A stretch of 64,000 bases of DNA from Macrostomum lignano (taxonomy: Eukaryota), in the NCBI GenBank assembly GCA_002269645.1, contig NIVC01000185.1, forward strand, positions 27,169-91,168, in the 5' to 3' direction. This document shows, piece by piece, positions 60,001 through 64,000 of this stretch (positions within the stretch are counted from its first letter, which is position 1; every line of letters begins with the position of its first letter). The notes under the pieces were generated by a model that was not told the origin of the DNA, made no database searches, and saw only the letters and a program-made list of their open reading frames with translations. The position numbers were made by a program, and so were the translations under genes.

Positions 60001-63000
60001 GGCATATCCGTTCGGCCCGAACTTGTGGTACGGAACCATTGCGTTCATCTCCTTCACGGTGACATCGGTTCCGATGAGTCCTAGGAACGACTGATTGCCC
60101 TGAGGGTAATTGAACCAGAATAACATAGCCTACTATAGACCTGTCTGCTTGATGACTATCACGTAGTGTAGCTGATGCCCGCATGTGAATCTAGCTCAAG
60201 TACAATATAAAGTACAAATGTACAGTCCAGGGTTTGCATAGATGCGATAGTCTATGGCCAGTTCCGCTTGCATCAGGCTTCTACGCTCGTACGAGTGAGG
60301 AAGAAATTTCTAATCTTTGCCATCTTGCTATCAAATTATTTCTTCAAGTTCAACTAACTTACCGACGTGTTGTATAGCGGCATAGTCAGGCTTGTCATGA
60401 GACCCAAGCCCTGTGGAGAATGTTAGTTTGTATGTTTCTGTTTCATAATCATAGAATCCACAGGTTTAATTTTTTCTGTAACAATAAATAACAGTTGAAT
60501 TGGCCAGAAAGGAAACCTCCAACCCGAACTAACCAGCGAGTCCAGGTAGATATTGTGCCACAGATAGTACTCAGCTTCGTACAGTGTCATGGGCCGACTG
60601 AGAACAGTTGTGATGTGCTGGAAAATTGCAGAAGATTATTTTTTTACAAAATTTTATATCAATCAGCCATTGATATCAATAGCCTGGCTCGCATCCCAGG
60701 AGTCAATGTGTGAAAACGTACAGTTTGTCAGGAGCATTTTGACAGGTTATTTTCGTGTCAGTCCACAGACTCATCAGTGCTCTCCACTTCTCACACGCAG
60801 TGTAGCTCACTATGCTAAAACTCTTCAAAGTTTACGCCACCCCACTACCGTGCGTGTTGCAAATATTTTTAGATCCAGACCCTGCAGCGCGTCCGACCTC
60901 CGCTTCCTGGCCTCTCACATCCCGGATGCTGGGCGGCAATGGCATTCATATCACGCGTCATCATTAGCGCAGGACTCAACTGACAAGTGATTGTACCACT
61001 CTGTATTGTAGTGCTAGGAGAGAGCAGCAGCGCTGCAGTGAGCCTGACAGCCCGTGACCCGCCTCTATCCCTCCAATGAGCATAACTGATACCTACGCAT
61101 AGGCTAAATCTACAATCACGAGCCCATTGCGAGAGTGAGTGATAAACTTGGGCTAAAATTGCCCCTTACTCAACTAGACTGCTATAAAAATGTTTTCCAT
61201 TTGTTTTATTGGATCGAAGCTGTTTCCAACTCATCCTGGTCGCCTCAGAAACGCGATCGAATTTGGTAACTCTAGCCACTGCCTCAATAATTATCTATAG
61301 GGTCTATATGATCCCTAACTCAGAAGTGTCTCAGTCTCAGAGCGCACATGAAGGCAATCAATATTGTCCTTAAAGCATCCGCATTCAAGTCAATCACCTC
61401 AACTTGACTGGTGACGGCTCCCATGGCCGGGATTTCGGCGAAGTAACCTGAAAAGATTGCGATGAAGCTTATTTAAAACTCAAGCCCTCGTAAAACATGC
61501 TGGACATTCGACTGCTCTCAGTAAAAACCGATAATGAAAAAGATGAGCAGAGTGCGCGGAAGTGAGGCGGCAGCTTGCCGAGCAGCGATAAAACCTGCTC
61601 CAATGATTGATTTCGTAAAGCAGCGAGATGGAAGAAGAAAATTGAGACAAGAATGCTCATCATCGCTTGCCCAGCTCGCTCTCCGCCAAGAGTATTAACT
61701 AAGCCGCTGGTTTTGCTCACCGCGATTGCTGCAGGCGACTTCCAGCAGCGGCTCCGTGGGATTTTGATGCTGCCCGACCGAGTAGGTGAAGATTCGGATC
61801 TGGGGGGAGAGGCAGGGAAATAGAAAAATAATGAAGCGCGGTGGGAATCCGCTAGTCGGAATTGGACTCTGAGATGGCCGGCGCTATAATTCCCGCTGGG
61901 AGTTGCTGAAGCAAAGGATCACAGAGGCTCGGCAGGAAGCCGCTATTATCTTGCTGTTTCGCCGGTTTCTGCTGTATACCTACTTATGCGAGGGAAGAAA
62001 TTCGCTGGATACTTTCCCCGATCGACTCAGTCACGAGGAAGCGGCTGGTGCTGAGCCGGCTTTTCCTCTAACTCTGTGTTTTACTCTTCTACAAGCGTAC
62101 TCTGAAGTGAAAGCGGCTCAAGTAACAGGCGAGCTATACATGTAGTTGCCAAACACTGGTTGCTGCTGTTTACACGAGGCGTGACATGAATGCCTACACT
62201 GGGCCAGAAATTTCAGTAAACACTGCAGCCTGCAGTAGCCACTATTGACCTTGACTGATGATCATTTCTCTGCTTGCATGGTCGGGATTGGGGCTGTTGA
62301 ATAGGGCTCTGTTCCACAAAGACAATTGTGTACTCTCGAATGTACACAGAAAAAACATTATTGACTGGGAAGGTGCCTAAGTGTCAAGTGACATATGCCA
62401 GGCATATTCTACGGCTTATACTGCAAATAACAACGAGAAACCCAAAGGCACTATAGTCTATCCACACCTTGTCTAAAAGTGCGCTCCTGTTTCTCCAGGT
62501 CCTGATGAGTTGCCGGGTCTCGTCCATGCTGTCGCTCACATCGCCGTCAGTGAATATCATGATCATGCTGTTGCACAGAGCTCCATGGTTGTTGACGGGA
62601 GCTTTGTAGAACTGAAATATGATTGGCAGAAGCTCTATCAGTCGTTGAGTAATTAAAGAATTGTTACATAAGGCCAGAATTGGCGTGCACCTGAGCGCGT
62701 AATCAAGCTCACCTCTTCAAACATGCTGTAGGCGAAATCAATTGCCTCGTAGAAATTCACGATCCCATAGGCACTGAGGTCGTTGATTTGTGCGAATAGA
62801 CGCTGAAATTGATGCATAGCAACTAGAGGCCTCAGAGGTTTTGACTCGTTATTCGATTACTCATAACTAAATTCCAGTTGACACTTACGTCTTTATTGCG
62901 CTTTGTAGCTTGAACAAACGACCTGAAGCAGGTGCCGTTAGATTTGGATTCCTCCGGCACAGCGTCCCGAAGTAGGTGCGGTTTGGCCGTGTGGTCCGTG

Positions 63001-63985
63001 GTCACCTGCCTGCCTGGATACTGCGAGGACAAAGGTCGTTGTTGGTAAGTCGTTGATCAAGTGGACTGAAAACTTGTGTTCTGTTCTGCCATGTATCAAT
63101 AGATAGGGGTGGCTAGCCGAGTAGGTTAGAGCATTCAGCTGCAAGTTAAGCAGAGTTGACAGTGGTTAGTTACCTAGCTTAACTAGCTAGCGCCACCCTC
63201 AAGGCAGCGCTGCACGATGAAATGTCATTATTTTTCGGGCCTTAACGCGAAAATTTGAGAATGCTTGAAATTACCTTCTAGGAATATTCAAGAAAATTGG
63301 AAGAGCACTTGAAATGAAAGCACCTGGCGCTTCCATTATCCTAGCTTTCTTGGTTTCCCATCTAGCTTTATTGATGCATTTTGTAATTTTCCACACGCCT
63401 TATGGTTTGTTTCGCTAATTTTTAGGTGTCTCGCTACAAATATTTACTAAGCTCATCTTGATGAAAGCTCTGCTTTGAGACAGCCGTAGGAATAGAGAAA
63501 ATGAGCCGGCACGATGGGGTGACTGCATGTGCATTTGTGACAGCGCGGCAATCTTGTTTGGAAGAAAATCCAATTCAGACCGGTCGGGAAAGACGTTTGA
63601 GTTTGCTTTCGCTGGCTTGCCTGGCAGATTAATCCGCGCTGCCCACTTCTTACAGCGGCTGGAGAAGGAAATCTAACATGTCAGTAGTGTGACAGGTTTG
63701 ACAGACAGGCATCCTGCCTGGTTGCTTTTAGCCAAAGACTAACCAACAGTTGAGCGATTTGGTAAATGCCCAGATGAAGCCAGCATTTCTGCTTCCTTCA
63801 TTTGAACAGCTGCAGAAATTTGCGGTTCCTTTCCTCCCTATTTGTTAATCTTGACTCAAGCCAAGACTCAACCGCTCGTTCTACCTGAGCGACTGCAACG
63901 AAGTCGTTCTCGCCCAGAGTGTTGATCAGGCTGACCACGGCCAATTTCGTCAAGTCCAGGGCTTGGCCGTGCATCGAGCGCGCTC
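50684..63985 (-). CDS. CACNA2D: Voltage-gated calcium channel alpha2delta subunit (5' part outside the window)
   Basis: 17 phase-consistent GT-AG exons: 63885-63985, 62889-63020, 62713-62802, 62468-62611, 61721-61799, 61398-61447, 60534-60617, 60363-60410, 59947-60099, 59554-59783, 58004-58788, 57396-57578, 57037-57185, 55859-55935, 54899-55141, 51121-51409, 50684-50794. Motifs: VWA ([43 protein letters not shown]), Cache ([19 protein letters not shown]), [30 protein letters not shown], and a C-terminal EDSSECGS plus hydrophobic GPI-type signal. Confidence 0.95.
50825..51100. repeat. (TCTG)n microsatellite in the last alpha2delta intron
   Basis: Tetranucleotide run with TGTG variants. Confidence 0.98.
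51700..52215. repeat. 58-bp tandem repeat
   Basis: TAATGTACACTGTGTCCAAAAATAGAACTGTGCAGTCCCACCCCATTTCTCGTCATTC, about 8-9 copies with degenerate ends. Confidence 0.95.
53045..53762. repeat. 9-bp minisatellite (TCTCATCT[A/G])
   Basis: About 700 bp tandem array. Confidence 0.98.
54290..54675. repeat. ~42-bp tandem repeat (CTACCAGGGCGAGGGGAATTCCCTCTTAGACAGCCATCAAAA)
   Basis: About 8-9 copies, each with a GGGAATTCCC palindrome or a variant of it. Confidence 0.93.
55190..55758. repeat. 13-bp minisatellite (TGGTGGGTAGCAT / TGGTGGGTACCAG)
   Basis: Tandem array in intron 55142-55858. Confidence 0.97.
56150..57025. repeat. 7/14-bp minisatellite (GGTGACAGGTGATA)
   Basis: Tandem array in intron 55936-57036. 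Confidence 0.97.
57770..57950. repeat. Unclassified dispersed repeat (same family as 14272-14460)
   Basis: Shared blocks GAGGG(G)CCAACCCCCAAGGC, GTGTACATG, TTAGAAAGTCA, CAGGAGTCAG and GGACAATGTC. Confidence 0.8.
59095..59435 (-). mobile_element. tRNA-derived CORE-type SINE, copy 3, with (ATT)n tail
   Basis: Minus strand reads TAGCCTAGTGGTCAGAGC (A box), GGGTTCGATTTC (B box), a CORE-like GTGTCCTTGAGCAAGAC..TTAACTCTGCATTGCTTCAGTTCACC..TAAAATGGG and a 3' (ATT)n tail. Confidence 0.9.
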
Positions 63986-64000
63986 CTGAAAGGGAGACAT

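Overview
Eukaryotic, intron-rich animal genomic DNA. It is probably a free-living flatworm such as Macrostomum; this is inferred from the YIRx-amide neuropeptide, GC/CpG-rich exons and very dense minisatellites, and no database was searched. Spliced gene models were rebuilt by eye from GT-AG junctions with consistent phases. They are: a low-complexity K/A/T-rich protein (+, ~3.7-6.0 kb); a secreted 4-exon precursor with acidic spacers and Arg-rich amphipathic segments (-, 7691-9343, candidate multi-peptide antimicrobial/effector precursor, the top finding); a tetraspanin (-, 12.4-15.8 kb); an 11-copy ASYIRMamide neuropeptide precursor (-, 22417-23111); an unidentified terminal exon (-, 27.1-27.6 kb); a Rac/Cdc42-like Rho GTPase (+); an ANKRD29-like protein (-); a RING-B-box-B-box-coiled-coil TRIM with a TQT-motif tail (-); and the 3' 17 exons of a Ca-channel alpha2delta subunit (-, 50684 to beyond the window end). 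Mobile DNA includes a near-intact DD34D mariner with TIRs and TA TSD, three tRNA-derived CORE-SINE copies, a Crypton/DUF3504-like relic between inverted repeats and two unclassified dispersed repeats. About 20 micro/minisatellite arrays cover roughly 12 kb and generate most of the long spurious ORFs. Three AT-rich islands are strongly CpG-depleted. No rRNA, intact tRNA or CRISPR array was seen.
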